From Zancudomyces culisetae HAW-14-8 (lineage: Eukaryota > Fungi > Kickxellomycota), in the NCBI GenBank assembly GCA_052426225.1, contig JBNJNM010000015.1, positions 1,054,001-1,118,000 of the forward strand: a stretch of DNA of 64,000 nt, read 5' to 3'. This document shows positions 35,574-48,650 of the stretch, in pieces (the first letter of the stretch is position 1; every line of letters starts with the position of its first letter). The notes under the pieces were generated by a model that searched no databases, was not told the DNA's origin, and saw only the letters and a program-made list of their open reading frames with translations. The position numbers and the translations under genes are program-made.

Positions 35574-36666
35574 ATGTGTATTGTGTTTTGGAAACTCAAC
35601 CAGAACCCACCGAAAGGTTTACCCATTAAATTTATCTACGCCGGAAATCGCGACGAATTTTTCAATCGACCAACAAAGCCCATGCACTATTGGAAAGATG
35701 AAGCTGTCAAAATTTTAGCACCATTGGACATGCAGCCAGCTGAGGAACAACGCGGAACTTGGTTTGGCATAAATGAATATGGACGGTTGGGGTTTCTGAC
35801 CAACTTTTATGAGGAAAAGTTCAAAACACCCGGAAAAAAGTCTAGGGGTTTGCTTGTTAGGGAGTTTTTAACGTATGGTAGAGAGGGTGTAGACCTCTTC
35901 AATAAAGAGAAAAATATTGAAAACGAACTGGATCGCGAGTTACCACAAAAAGAGGCCATAAGGGGTCTAAATGTTAAGGATTATTTAGAGAAACTGAGTG
36001 AAGAGGCGGATGACTTTGATGGTTTTAACCTGGTGGTTGTTGATCTAAACAGCATGGATTCATACTATTTCACTAACCGGCACGGTACTTCGCAAAATTA
36101 TATTGAAAAAATCAGTGGTGAGGATTGTCATGGCGTATCAAACTCGCTTTTGGATCGTTGGCCGAAAGTTGAGAAGGGAAAAAAGATGATTGAAGAGCTA
36201 CTTGTAAGAATTCTAAATTTTATTTTTGGTCTTTCACCACCATTTTTCATAATGGATATGCTTTTGTCGTTTATCAATTGTAGTTGGTGACTATCTAACC
36301 TAGTATAAACATATATTAAAAAAAAATACACGTTATTTATAGGAAACACCGTATATCACACAGGAAACATTTGTAGAAGAAATGTTCAAGATACTAAACA
36401 ACCAAGAGCCTTTCTCTGTTGAACTACCACCAACTATACCTGAGTTTAGGCACGCAATTTGTATTCCCAAGATCGATTCGTCGGGCGAAATCGGCGCAGA
36501 TACAAATCTCTATGGAACAAGAACATCAATCATTGTGATTGTTGATATGGAGAATAACGTTACGGTTTATGAACGCCAGCTGCACTCTAATTTTCAAAAC
36601 ATCGTTACCACGGATGAACCTCATGACACTGTACACACTTTTAAGCTCAACATAAAGCCAAATTAA
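35574..36666 (+). CDS. TANGO2: TANGO2 / NRDE family protein, 2 exons
   Basis: MCIVFW...NRDEF..RPT, GTWFG, SRG.LV, GFNL and YGTRTS. In-frame intron 36204-36342; TATATAAA at 35483-35490. Confidence 0.93.
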
Positions 36667-37040
36667 CCCTCGGTACGTATCACTATGGGCTTGGAAAACC
36701 GTCTCAAACAAGAGAAAATTGCTGTAGACAAGCTGTCATGATATATTTATATATATATGCATACGTGTGGGGAAGTGAAAATGGGAGTAGGGCTTACAAC
36801 CCGCATTTTTTAATTTCTTATACGTATCAACTTATTTGTAAGTATAACCAATTTGTAATAGTTAAATTACTATGTAAATGTATTATTCGAGGCTTTTTTA
36901 GCGAACTCTTTCCTTCTTTGTTGGCTTTATTTAGAAACATTTGCTGTCAACTTTGATCAGTATACATACAAAGTTAATTTGTTGGTGTGTATTTTTTTTA
37001 TTGTTAATATTTGGCAATAATAAAATAAATCTTTTAAAAA

Positions 37041-37100
37041 ACGCAAAACGCAATACGCAATACGCAATACGCAATACGCAATACGCAATACGCAATACGC
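37041..37100 (+). repeat. Heptanucleotide microsatellite (ACGCAAT)7 plus partial copies
   Basis: Seven perfect units at 37048-37096, between the convergent TANGO2 and SCCPDH-like genes. Confidence 0.95.
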
Positions 37101-37171
37101 GAAACCTAAAGCCTAAAACCACTCACATAAAAAATAAAGGTGTATTTAATTAACGACATGACATAACCCCC

Positions 37172-38467
37172 TCAAGCAAAAATCGATGGTGAATCGGATA
37201 CTTGAAACTTGAACCCTTTGCTCTTGAGTCTCTCAAGAAGTGGCACACCCATTGAGACAGCAGGTGTACCAACACCTGGCTTAAACAACTGCGTATCAAA
37301 CTGAATTTCGTCCTTGAGTTTAGAAAGTCCCAGAATGTTTCTTTTGTTGTTAAGCAAACACATACCAGACTCAAAGACATACTTACTAGTCTCGAGGTAT
37401 CCTGGATCATTGGAGATATTAATTCTTCCATAAACTTTTTTGCTAGATTCGGGTTGCTTTTCAGACACAGGAGCTGAAACTCCAATAAGTCTGAAATCCA
37501 GATGCCCATTAACTCGCTGCTCAAGTGATGGACCCTCACCAGGTTTGGGGAGCAGTTTACGAATAATGCTTCCAAATATCGGAATGTAAATTGAAGTCAT
37601 AAATCCAATCACTGCGATTGTGGTGATTATCGACCCAAAAATGCTTTTTGAGGAGCTTGTCAAAGCATAATCAAACTTACTTCCATACTTGTTAAAATGG
37701 TTGGTTCTCAGAACCACAGGGATGTCAACAAAGGCGCTAGGGAACACACTTTGCCACCGTTTAAAGTCCCTATCATAATACACTCTAAACATTTTCAGCA
37801 TCGAAAAAAGCCCAGCAATTCCTTTTTTTCTTTCAATGTACGCATATGTGTCATTTTCAATGTTTTTCTCGAGTTTAACATCAAACATAGTCTCGATAGT
37901 TCCACCACTGGGCGAAAAGGTGTACTCGAAGAATGTTGCTTTTAGGTCACGAGTTTCCAACTTATATTTATCCTTGATCTCCTTTGTTACCATCAAACCA
38001 CCCAATTCCGAGGGAATACAGTCAAACCCACACATCGATACTATATGCGCCTTGTTTTTGGCTGCAATCTCGGTGTATTTCCTATCCATTCGGTTAACCC
38101 ATGGAAGTTCTCCAGTGATATCACAGTAATCAGTTCCCATATTGGCACATGCCGCGACTATTGGTTCACCATATCTTGCAAAAGGTCCAACAGTTGAAAT
38201 AACTACAAGGGTCTTCGAAACAATTTCAGTCAAGCCCTTTTCATCACTGCTGTCGCAAACGAACACACCCGTTTTTTTGACCTTTTGTGTATATCTATCG
38301 CGGTAGTTGTCAAGGATTTTCTGAATTTTTTCCTCGTTTCTGCCTCCTACAGCTACCCTTAGATCCTCATTACCATGCTCAAGAAAATACTCATATACAA
38401 GTGTTCCCGTAAAGCCAGTGACCCCCCAAATTAGGATATCATATTGTCTTTCGTTAGTCTCGCTCAT
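37172..38467 (-). CDS. SCCPDH: Saccharopine dehydrogenase-like oxidoreductase
   Basis: GVTGFTG Rossmann motif, plus VGPFARYG, YCDITGE, CGFDCIP, SGGT, PGEGPS and DPGYLETS. Confidence 0.9.
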   Translation of the reverse strand: MSETNERQYDILIWGVTGFTGTLVYEYFLEHGNEDLRVAVGGRNEEKIQKILDNYRDRYTQKVKKTGVFVCDSSDEKGLTEIVSKTLVVISTVGPFARYGEPIVAACANMGTDYCDITGELPWVNRMDRKYTEIAAKNKAHIVSMCGFDCIPSELGGLMVTKEIKDKYKLETRDLKATFFEYTFSPSGGTIETMFDVKLEKNIENDTYAYIERKKGIAGLFSMLKMFRVYYDRDFKRWQSVFPSAFVDIPVVLRTNHFNKYGSKFDYALTSSSKSIFGSIITTIAVIGFMTSIYIPIFGSIIRKLLPKPGEGPSLEQRVNGHLDFRLIGVSAPVSEKQPESSKKVYGRINISNDPGYLETSKYVFESGMCLLNNKRNILGLSKLKDEIQFDTQLFKPGVGTPAVSMGVPLLERLKSKGFKFQVSDSPSIFA

Positions 38468-39771
38468 TTCCTTGCTGTCTTTTGTTATCTTTTGTTGTTT
38501 ATTTTTCTTTGTTGATTTCTATTAAATATTCGACAATTCGGTTACTTAGCCTTAGTTATATTAAAAGAACAGTAAAAATGAATAGGGAATAAAACAGTCC
38601 CTCAGCTATGTATTTTATATTTGTGTCCTTTTTTTTTGGCGGAGGTTAATGTTTTTGGGTTATTGGGGGGGAAGGGATTGTGGAATTAAACATAAATCCA
38701 TTAATACATGTGCATAATCGTAAAATAAAAATTCGTCTGTTTATTAGCAAATGACCCTTCAGATAGAATGAGTGAAAAAACCCACTCTAGATGAGAGGGT
38801 ACGTAAACGCACATAATATTACCTGAATATTAATGTGAAAAAAAAAGGAATAAAACCTGAATTAAGCAGTGCAGTGGTGGAGTGTGAATACTGAAATAGA
38901 CATTGCATGCTTGATTCTATCTCTTCATCTCTGTAACAGAAGAGCACATTTTTGAGTTTGTGTTAGCCCAGTAGTATACACTTGTTAGCACTCTTCAAAA
39001 AGGTAGGTAGCTACCATAACCAACAAGTCTTGGCAATTTTGAAGCTGTCGGATAGGGAGAAGGGGGAGGTCCATATGAATTGGAAACATACGATTTCAAA
39101 TGGCAAATGAATTATTTAGTCGCACGAAAATTGCTTAATTGCACAAAAAAAAATCTAATAAAAAGCAAAATCACACGAGTAATGAAATGGATCGATTTAA
39201 AAACGGCCCAATAAAACAAAGAGTGATGCAATTTTCGCTTGCGTTTTTTCTTTTTTTTCAGGGAAGAAAAGCGGGCAAGTAGAATTAGCACGGATACATC
39301 AAAGCTCAAGCGAGATGGCGAAGAAAAAAACGACCCAAGAAAAGCCCTGCAAAGCTGAAGGTAGTGTGTACTTGCAAAAGATAACGGGGCTAGAGTATAA
39401 AGGTTGTGTTCTCTTGGCCTATGGTATACCAGAGTACCTAGAACCTTTTCAAAGACAGATGATGCAGTGTCTATTTGGTTACCATTTCCCAATTCCTTGT
39501 TTAATGAATGTGTTTTTTGAAACCGTTTCACTCCTACCATAATTCACCCATCATCCATCACTTTAATTTTGGGTCTTAAACAAGTAAAAAATAAAAAGGC
39601 TACAATTACCTGACTATTTTTCACGTGAAACAGTAAATAGGAAAGCACAGACAGGAGTTTTGTACATTCTCGTTTAATAAACTAACAACCACTAGGGATT
39701 CAAAAAGCACGATACTTTTAGCTAAGTAAGAAAACCACATATCGTAACAAATCAGAAAAAAAAGGGACGAG

Positions 39772-42700
39772 ATGGAGAAAAAATTCAGGGGATACCTACT
39801 AGTAGCAAGAAATGCGGTTTTCATAAACCGGATATATGGATTCGAGGAAGTTGGCAAAGGTTTGTAGACCTCAAATATACACTTTTTTAAATTTTCTCCA
39901 GAATGATATACTGCGAGTAAAAAGAAGACATACCTGATTAGAATGGACGAGAAATCCTGACTAAATGTAGGGTTAATAAACGGATGCTCAAGATGGAATT
40001 GAAAATGTGTATAATAAATAGAAACTGTAGAGGTGAAGGAATACCTTTTGGAATTGGTAGAAAATTGGAATTCTTGGGCAAGGACTGTTATTTTAGGTGA
40101 CCATCATGCTGAGGTAGCGCTTGGAAAAAAGCAGACACCAAATCTGCAGACATTGAAGGATTCTCATAGCCTGTTGAAGACACGCTGGGAGCTACAGGAA
40201 ACCATTAAAGATTTTTATCAAAATCTCAGGTAATATATTTAGGCTGAATTTATGTTTACAAATAAACTAATTGTCAGTATAGATACAAATGCATAGAAAA
40301 TTATATATCCTGAAAAATATACGAATAACCACAGAGTATTCAAACCGAATAGAAAAAATGAAAGCTCCAGGACCAAGCTACCAATCGACGATTATAACAG
40401 GATTCTGGTAAGAACTCGTATGCTTGTGCATAACCAAATTATACACTTTTTTCTGGTTATTTATTTTAGTACCATTAAATAAGTTTGTAAAGTGAACTTG
40501 GAATGATACAAAAAACCAATATAATGTATAGTACGAAGGAAGCAGCTATATCGACAAAATCAGAAAAGCTATGGATAAGGTTACAGGAACCAGTCTTGAT
40601 ACAAATTTTGCTGAAGCTGGAGCCAAGGAAGGCTCTAGTGTAGATTGGGCCAAAAGCCCAGAGTTCAGGTATATATATTTTATGTCGGACTACAAACCAT
40701 TTTTGAAATACTTATATAAATGCCATCTTAGTTATAATTAAGCCCACACTTCATTTGAAGAATGATGGATATGAAAAACTCGATGTTTACAGCATTTGTA
40801 CTTAGCTTTGATGGTTTTGGTATAGAAAAAACACAAATATGCAGACCAAGGTGATTGAAGCAATACTCGAATCTGACATCCCCTCATTCGAAAAGATATC
40901 TAAAACAACTGAAAAATGGTGGGGTGGAAGGATTGCAGGCTTCAACATTATGCAGATATGTGGTAAGCTCTTGACATCGATGCACCCTTTTGCATCTTTT
41001 TTTTTTTCTCATTTTTTTAGAAATAAGGAACATGGCTGACATCGCAATAAATGATTAAATAGGACAACTTGGTGATGAAGAAATGGCCAAGGCTTTGATG
41101 AGTGAAGCAGAATGTGATGATGCATTGTACGCTGTTCTTGAAGAAAAATATATGAATCAACTCACACCTCACGATATGTCAGCACTCTTTGGATTTTTGA
41201 AAACTGCTACTGTTTTAAAACATAAAACAGATGCTGAATCGAATATCCCAAGTAAAGCAAATCACGTTTGTAACGATCATGTGAGAGACTCCAAGAATGG
41301 TGGGTATTCCTCAAATCCAAGTACAACTGCGGCAATAATCAATATCAGGAAGAACACTCTGAAGATGCATGGGAATAAGCGCATGTCAGTTGGTACTCTG
41401 ATGAGCGTGAGTAATGAGAAATACACGAAAAATGATGCTCTTGACAGCCATTCCGCTCTTTATGAACTTGAAACACCAGTTTTTCGCATAAAAGCTGAGA
41501 ATGGTACTTTTAGAGGCACAGATTCCTGTAATACGATGATTGTTAGGGGATGGGATTCAAAAACAAATGTAAATTCTGATCTTATAATTGCAGAAAGCAC
41601 TGATGATTCTGAATTGTTTATCAACATTGACTGGATAAAACTCGACAGTATTTCGTTTGAACGCAGTATGAAACTTGAAGAGGTAACCGATTCTGAGGCA
41701 GAAAATAGCTTACAAACGTGCAGAGATAGTGCAGAATGCACTGTTCTCAAGGTAGGCGGATTCAGCCCTCTAGAAAGGTACAGGAACATGCATAATTACA
41801 AAATAGGACCATATCCCCAGTACAGCTTCCTGGGTCCTCAGTTCTTACAGGTATTTTTAGCAGGAAATTGTGGCCAGCAATATTCTGTGGAAATCGATGT
41901 GGATATATCAACGCCTTACCTATCAAAAAATGAGATTGGTGATAAAAAGTCTGAGGAGTTAAAATATATACAAACACATTACAATTGGCGGGTGCCCAAT
42001 GATGTGACGCTTCTATGCGGACATCGTGGTTCGGGTGCAAACTCTGCGGTTGGAGGCGACGGTGTCAGATTACAGCTAAGAGAAAATACTATAAAATCAA
42101 TGTACGAGGCACATCGTTCGGGGGCATCTGTGGTGGAATTTGATATTCAGCTTTCGCGTGATTCAGTTCCAGTTGTTCACCACGATTGGGGGACTGTGGT
42201 AGAGAATGGGCTGAAAGTACAGATAAATGATTTGACGGTTCAACAATTTCAAGGGCTGGGTAGCTGCATACAACCGCAAACCTCTGGTGCCCTGGCAGCT
42301 TCATCAAACACTAATAGTAACGATACAATGAGTAGAATACATTTCACTTTTGAAGAGCTTTTAGAGGTAAGTTCAATACTTGGAATATATTTAACCCACT
42401 TCCCACCCCTTCCTCTCAATACATGGAAAATATCTGGTACCGGTCATCTTTATTAAACCTCTAATATCTACCTGTTTATAGGGTCTACCAATGGATTTGG
42501 GGATGAACGTTGAAATTAAATACCCTATCAGCGATGAGGCAAAATACTTTGGTGTCGAAAAAACCTTTGAATTGAATTGGTATGTCGATTCTATTCTTCA
42601 AGTATTATTTTCACATATGTTTAGGCGTTATGCTACCAAGAAACATAGCCATGAAAACACAAGTGGTGAGCACACACCTTTGAATAATGTCCCCGTAATA

Positions 42701-43274
42701 TTCTCCTCATTCCACCCAGATGTTTGTATTCTTTTAAAGAGGAAAGTCGGCCATATATTTCCAGTGTTTTTCTTGACTATGGGTGGAGTGTATAAGTTAT
42801 CCAATCCACTTTGCAACTCAGTTGCACAGGCAGTCAATTTTGCAATTCTCCATGGGCTGTCTGGTGTAGTTTCGGATTCTGTTGCAATCACAGATGCACC
42901 ATCGCTAGTGCATTTTGTTCGTGCCTCTGGGTTAAGTTTGGCTACTTATGGGAGGAGAAACAACGATGCAGATTTTGTGCGGATTCAGCGTGATAGCCAT
43001 GTCAACATGATTATAACTGTAAGTTTGTTTCTATTTTTCTATTTTCTATTTTCTATTTCTGGTTTGACTTGACTTGGCTTGGCTTGGCTTAGTTTGATTT
43101 GTACTTTTAATAGCCATATTTTTGTTATACACAATTACGCCTAATGTGTGATTAAGGATATCAAGTGTGTTTAGGAGATTAACAACTCTGGAATAGTGAA
43201 AGTAACAAAATCATCTTTATTTATCTACTTAGGATTCGGTAAGAATGGTAAAATCAGTGCTGGAAGAAAAATAA
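39772..43274 (+). CDS. GDE1: Glycerophosphodiester phosphodiesterase, Gde1-like (multi-exon; 5' exons uncertain)
   Basis: GDPD motifs GHRGSG, ENT, VEFDIQLSRD, HHD, NVEIKYP, FSSFHPD and IIT|D. Confident exons are 41063-42367, 42482-43018 and 43233-43274; upstream exons at 39772-40962 are only partly resolved. Confidence 0.8.
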
Positions 43275-44590
43275 AGCTAGGGTACACTTGCTGTTTGGTT
43301 GAGGTTACTTTTTTTTTCATAAAAGCACGTATCTAGCCAATACTTTTTTTAAAAATCATTAGTTTGTTTATCCAGAATTTTACTTTGCATGCTTTTGTTT
43401 AATAATAAAGGTCAGTTGAATGCGAATGAGTGCTGAAAATAATGTTATATTTCTGGTACTGGTGAGAAAGAGAGGAGGGAGGGGAGGGAGAATGTAAACT
43501 ATGTTTACGCAAAATAATTCGTGTACGTTATTAAAATGTATAAAAGAGCGTTATAAATACAAAAATTGGATATCAGGGTATCAAGACAAAAAAGTAGGAC
43601 ATAAATATCAAATATTTTAATGTTTTCCTGTGCAGGAAACAGACGGTTTGTCATAAAGTTACACGCAAAAGTTGAACACAGGAAAGAGTGTATTTCCTTG
43701 TTACTGCGTATCAACACAAAATATATATACAGCATAAACAAACCATCATAAAGTCTATAGCTCGTGTTTTGCATATGTCACTTTTTATGTGATGTATGGG
43801 CTAAAAAAGCAAAAATACACCGGAAACCGGAAACAGACAGTGTAAACAAAGGCGCTCGAAGAGCATTATTATAATGATAAATTATGTAAAGATGTGTATA
43901 AGAAACATGGAATACTCCTCTTTATGTTTTTATGCGAGAGCCTAGCGTGGGGGTATAAGCTGGAAAAAAAAACTGAAAACGAAAATTATCATTCTAAATT
44001 ATTTTTTTTTCCTTTCACTAAACTGGCTTGCAATTACACAAATTAAAAGATGCACTTTGAAAAAGTGTAACCAACGCTTTTTATTTTTCCAAAACTATAA
44101 TCAGATTTCAAACATGGTATTTGTTCTAAATAAACAATTAACTAAAGTTTCTAAACAAGCGAGTCAAAAGGCGTCTTTTATTTCCCCATCTCCTTTTTCT
44201 ACACCCTTCCCTTCCCATACATCTTATTTCGGACTTTTGTTTCTAATTTTAATTATGCCTTTTGATTTGCATCAATTCAAAAAAGATAAAATAATAAAGT
44301 ATGCAGCTTTCGGTATTTTTTTTTAAAAAAAAAGGCCTATAATAACAGTCTCCCATCCTCTCTCCTCCCCCAAAAAAAAAGTTTAGTTGTTAAAAGCTGA
44401 GCTATAAACTTGGCACAAACTAAAATTTATAAATGTGTGGAGATATTTTATACGTTGAAATATACAAGCACCACCACGAAGTAAGACAATAATTGTACCA
44501 TATACTTGTTCAATTAGCTGAAATAAATCACAAGCAACAAAACAGTATAGAAATGGATATCTGAGGAAAATTGACAGAATAATTGCGAAA

Positions 44591-47500
44591 ATGGAAGAAA
44601 TAAAATTACTGCCACAAGGCACATATTACAGGAAAATTAGCGTGGAGGAACAACCCAAATTGGTAGAGTGGACATTTTCTACGAGTAGAGGAAAAACCTT
44701 GTTTGGATTTTATGTCAGGAAGAATGATGAAGTGAATACAACAGGAAGTGAGACTGGAGAAGGAAAAGCAGCTGCAAGAGGACAAAGCCAGAAAAAAGAG
44801 GGCAGTCAAACGCAAAAAAGTTATGAAGAAGAGAAAGAATCTAGAGACACTATAAATCAAAACGAAACAAAGGATAAGGGAAAAGAAAAGGAGTGTGAAA
44901 AAGAAAAAGAAGACGAAAAGGAAAAGGAGAAGGAGAAGGAGAAGGAAAATGTGAGTGATAAAAGAGAATCAAAATGGTGGCCCGCTCAGCTGGTATCTGG
45001 AAAAAAAGAAATCAAAATGAGTAGTGAGCTTGTGGAAGGTGGATGGAAAGAGATATATGCACCCAAAATATATCAGGCTAGTAAAGGTGCGACAACAATG
45101 AGTTACGTTTGTAAGGAAGGAGAGGAATACATGTTGTACTTTGATAACACGTATCCTGGGAGTCAGCTAAAGCTACTCAAGTTAGCAGTAGCGGTGAAAG
45201 TTCCTGCTAGAAGCGATAGCAGGCAGCAATCTAGAAATGATGGCGAGAGAATGGTAAATACAGAAGAGGATGACCAGCAGAACATGATTAAAGAGGAATG
45301 CACGGAGGGAGGAGAAGAAGCACCGGTAGTAGGAACAAAAATATCAGGATGGTTGATGAAAAAGAGGAGACTTAGGGCACAAGGATGGGCGCGGCGGTGG
45401 GTGTGGATAGAAGGGAGTACGCTGATGTATGCAAACACAGAGATGAAAAACGTAATAAGAGGAAAACAGGACCTTACACAAGCTGTAGTTTCGGTAGAAA
45501 TGGGAAAGCGAATAATAAATATAGACACAGATACAGGAATCATGAGATTTAGATCAAAACGGGATGTGGAGTTTATTGAATGGGTTCGGGTGATAAAAAA
45601 AATCAAGGATGAGTATTCAAAGGCAGTTGTGAGTGGTAGGGGGAAGATACAGGCATACAACGCACTGGAAGGCGCTAGGTGGAAAAATGAGGAATTAGAT
45701 GATTTAGCAGGAAATCACGAGTACTTTGCGAACCAACTTTCATGGGCCAGGTCATTGGCAGAACAGTTGCAGTTGCAGTTGCAATTAAACTCACAGCAAC
45801 AATTGCAATCTGTACTGGTTAGAAATGGTTCACAGAACAAGAGTAATAGTGCCATAAGCAGTATTGGAAATGTAGGTAGCATAGGCAGTAGCAGTAGTGT
45901 CTCAAAAAAAGATTTACTTTTGAGGGATGTTGGGGTAACAAACGTTGTGGGAATAGCTGGTGGGCTTGGAAGTGCAATTGCAACGAGAGCTCTAGATGTA
46001 AATTTGCATTCAACTGATGCAACACAGCCACCAGTAAAACGGCGGTCGGTGTTGAATTTATTTACGTTTAATAAAAGCAGGGGTATAGGGGCAAGCACAG
46101 GAAATATTAGTGGGGTAGTGATTAGCGAGGATGAGCCGATCCAACAGCAGCAACTTCAGATATACAATGGGAATAGCGGTCACCAAAACAGCCATTCAAT
46201 GACGTCAGAGCAGAAGCTGGTGGAGGACCTGTTTGAAACATTTATGAGGCTTGAGAGCGCAGAAGCCAGAGTATATGCAGAGGCAGAGCGGCTGAAGCGA
46301 AATGCAGACACGAGCAATAGGTGTGGAAATAGTGGTGGTACAAAAGTGGATAATAAAAACATACATGTGAATAAGAGTATAGAACGAACTGTATCGCCTA
46401 CACATTCAATTTCATCGTTGTTGGACGTGTTCTATGATACGCGGGAGGTGTTTGAGGTGGAATCAGATCCATCAGAAAGGGAATTCCAGAGTAAAAACCA
46501 GAAGAGACATGGGTATGAAGGAAAGCGCAATGTAGACGATTCTGGAGACGATTTTTATGACGATGAAGGGGAGGAAATTGACTATGATGACGATGATGAT
46601 GAGGGGGACGAATATGTAGCGACCAAGATGGTCAAGCATCAAGTATCAGATGCAGTGGTGTACAAGTTGGAGGATACTGGAGACCAAAAAAGACAACGGA
46701 GAGATTCAGAAAGGCGCGAGTCTACTGCATCGAAGTCTATATTTATATTGACATCGTCATCGTCATCGTCATCCGTGCGTAACAATGTGACAGAAAAGAA
46801 GAAGCTGGAGGGAGTAGAAGAAACAGGATATGCTGAATCACAAACGATTCTTGGAGATCCAAAGCCGAAAGATACATTTACAATGTTTGTACAGACAGCA
46901 GAAGGGGGAGGAGGAGGAGGAGAGATAGTTAGACGGCAAAAATTACCGGTTGTTGAGACAACCAACTCGATTAACTTTGTATCAATTATGAGGAAAAACA
47001 TAGGGCGGGATCTGTCACACGTAGCAATGCCATTGGAGATGAACGAGCCACTGAGTGCAACGCAGGCGCTGTGTGAAGAAATGGAACACAGCTATCTGTT
47101 GGATCGAGCAGCAACGATGGATGACAGTATGGATCGGATTATGTACGTGACAGCATTTGCAGTGTCATCATACGCACACCGCAAGTTTCGCGTTGGGCGC
47201 AAACCGTTCAATCCGCTACTGGGTGAGACGTATCAGTATGTGCGCCCAGATTTGGGATTCCGGTTTATTAGTGAGAAGGTGAGCCATCACCCAGTGGTGG
47301 TTGCGTGTTATGCGGATTCGCCAAACTACGAGCTGTGGCAGGACGAAAATGTTAAGACCAAGTTTTGGGGCAAATCAATTGAATTGATTCGATCATCCGT
47401 GGTACACGTGAAACTGCCAAAGTATGGCGACCATTACACATACAAGAAGGCAAATACAGTAGTAAAAGGATTGTTTGCAGGAAATCAAAAATCAATTTCG

Positions 47501-48298
47501 TTTTGTGGTGAAATAGAAATCAAAAATCACAGCACAGGCGAAACCGTATCGCTAGTATTTAAGGAAGACGGAATGTTTTCGAGCGCACACGACCAGATTG
47601 ATGCGACAATCCGGTCAAACAAGCCCAATACCAGCGACCGAATTCTTACAGGCAAATGGAGTGAGGGACTGTACTGGTTAAAGCCACGCGATGATGGTAC
47701 AGCAACAACAGATTCAGTTGAGAAAATAGCGCTATTTCAGTTTGGACCCAACGAATATCCCATTCACAGCAATAAATCATATAAAAACACAAAAGCAAAC
47801 GCGAGTTCGATAACCGCAGGCGATTATTACGGATTCAACGAGTTTGCAATCCAACTGAACGAGATTACTCCTGACTTAATTCTCGACAAATCACAACCAG
47901 ACAAATCAAAGGCTAATAGTGGCAAATACTTGTTGGCTCCATCTGATACCCGGCTGCGGCCCGACCTGCGATTGTATGAGAATGGTTATGTGAAAGAAGC
48001 AGAGAAGCTCAAGAGCAAGTTGGAAGAAGACCAGCGAGTACGACTCCGTGAGTCACCCGACTCGCAGAAGCCTGCGCCCAAATATTTTAAGTTGTTGACT
48101 GATCCGATTTTTCCGGATCTTCAAACGTGGCAGTATACTGGTGGGTATTGGGATTTCCTTAATACAATTAGGGCACAAGCCCAAAATTCGGATCAACAAC
48201 CAACCCAATTACAATCATCTGGGAAGGCTGATTATCGTGCGAATAGTGGTAATAGTAAGAGTAAGAGCAAGAGTAATGATGAATTTGTGTTGTGGTGA
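44591..48298 (+). CDS. OSH3: Oxysterol-binding protein homologue (GOLD-PH-ORD)
   Basis: GOLD-like YMLYFDNTY, PH domain GWLMKKRRLRAQGWARRW, FFAT-like DVFYDTRE, and ORD motifs NEPLS, KPFNPLLGETY, EKVSHHP and DTRLRPD. Confidence 0.93.
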   Translation: MEEIKLLPQGTYYRKISVEEQPKLVEWTFSTSRGKTLFGFYVRKNDEVNTTGSETGEGKAAARGQSQKKEGSQTQKSYEEEKESRDTINQNETKDKGKEKECEKEKEDEKEKEKEKEKENVSDKRESKWWPAQLVSGKKEIKMSSELVEGGWKEIYAPKIYQASKGATTMSYVCKEGEEYMLYFDNTYPGSQLKLLKLAVAVKVPARSDSRQQSRNDGERMVNTEEDDQQNMIKEECTEGGEEAPVVGTKISGWLMKKRRLRAQGWARRWVWIEGSTLMYANTEMKNVIRGKQDLTQAVVSVEMGKRIINIDTDTGIMRFRSKRDVEFIEWVRVIKKIKDEYSKAVVSGRGKIQAYNALEGARWKNEELDDLAGNHEYFANQLSWARSLAEQLQLQLQLNSQQQLQSVLVRNGSQNKSNSAISSIGNVGSIGSSSSVSKKDLLLRDVGVTNVVGIAGGLGSAIATRALDVNLHSTDATQPPVKRRSVLNLFTFNKSRGIGASTGNISGVVISEDEPIQQQQLQIYNGNSGHQNSHSMTSEQKLVEDLFETFMRLESAEARVYAEAERLKRNADTSNRCGNSGGTKVDNKNIHVNKSIERTVSPTHSISSLLDVFYDTREVFEVESDPSEREFQSKNQKRHGYEGKRNVDDSGDDFYDDEGEEIDYDDDDDEGDEYVATKMVKHQVSDAVVYKLEDTGDQKRQRRDSERRESTASKSIFILTSSSSSSSVRNNVTEKKKLEGVEETGYAESQTILGDPKPKDTFTMFVQTAEGGGGGGEIVRRQKLPVVETTNSINFVSIMRKNIGRDLSHVAMPLEMNEPLSATQALCEEMEHSYLLDRAATMDDSMDRIMYVTAFAVSSYAHRKFRVGRKPFNPLLGETYQYVRPDLGFRFISEKVSHHPVVVACYADSPNYELWQDENVKTKFWGKSIELIRSSVVHVKLPKYGDHYTYKKANTVVKGLFAGNQKSISFCGEIEIKNHSTGETVSLVFKEDGMFSSAHDQIDATIRSNKPNTSDRILTGKWSEGLYWLKPRDDGTATTDSVEKIALFQFGPNEYPIHSNKSYKNTKANASSITAGDYYGFNEFAIQLNEITPDLILDKSQPDKSKANSGKYLLAPSDTRLRPDLRLYENGYVKEAEKLKSKLEEDQRVRLRESPDSQKPAPKYFKLLTDPIFPDLQTWQYTGGYWDFLNTIRAQAQNSDQQPTQLQSSGKADYRANSGNSKSKSKSNDEFVLW

Positions 48299-48650
48299 AG
48301 TAGTTAAACTGGTTTTGAATGATATATTATTAACGTTTAGTAAGCACATGAATATTAATGGTAAATAAAGAATATGAAATTTTTGGACTCTAATATAAAT
48401 AACTTTTTATTTTCCAGTAAACTAACAGATTTCATCGCAGTTAATGATACTGATGTTGGAAAGGGAATAATAAATGTGGTCGCTGGAACATGGAGAAAGT
48501 TGTGGCAAGGTGCAAGAGACTAAAAGCAGGTCCATGTATCCATTGATGTTGGGATTTTAGGATTTGTTGGTTAGGTTTTTAGTGAAATAAAAAAAAAAAG
48601 AACAGAGCAAAAATTTTTGATTGTTGACAACCAGGGAGGGATTAAAAGTT

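Noticed and set aside
37041-37100. Tandem repeat as a CRISPR or telomeric remnant
   Set aside because: A simple spacer-less heptamer microsatellite in a eukaryotic 3' intergenic region.
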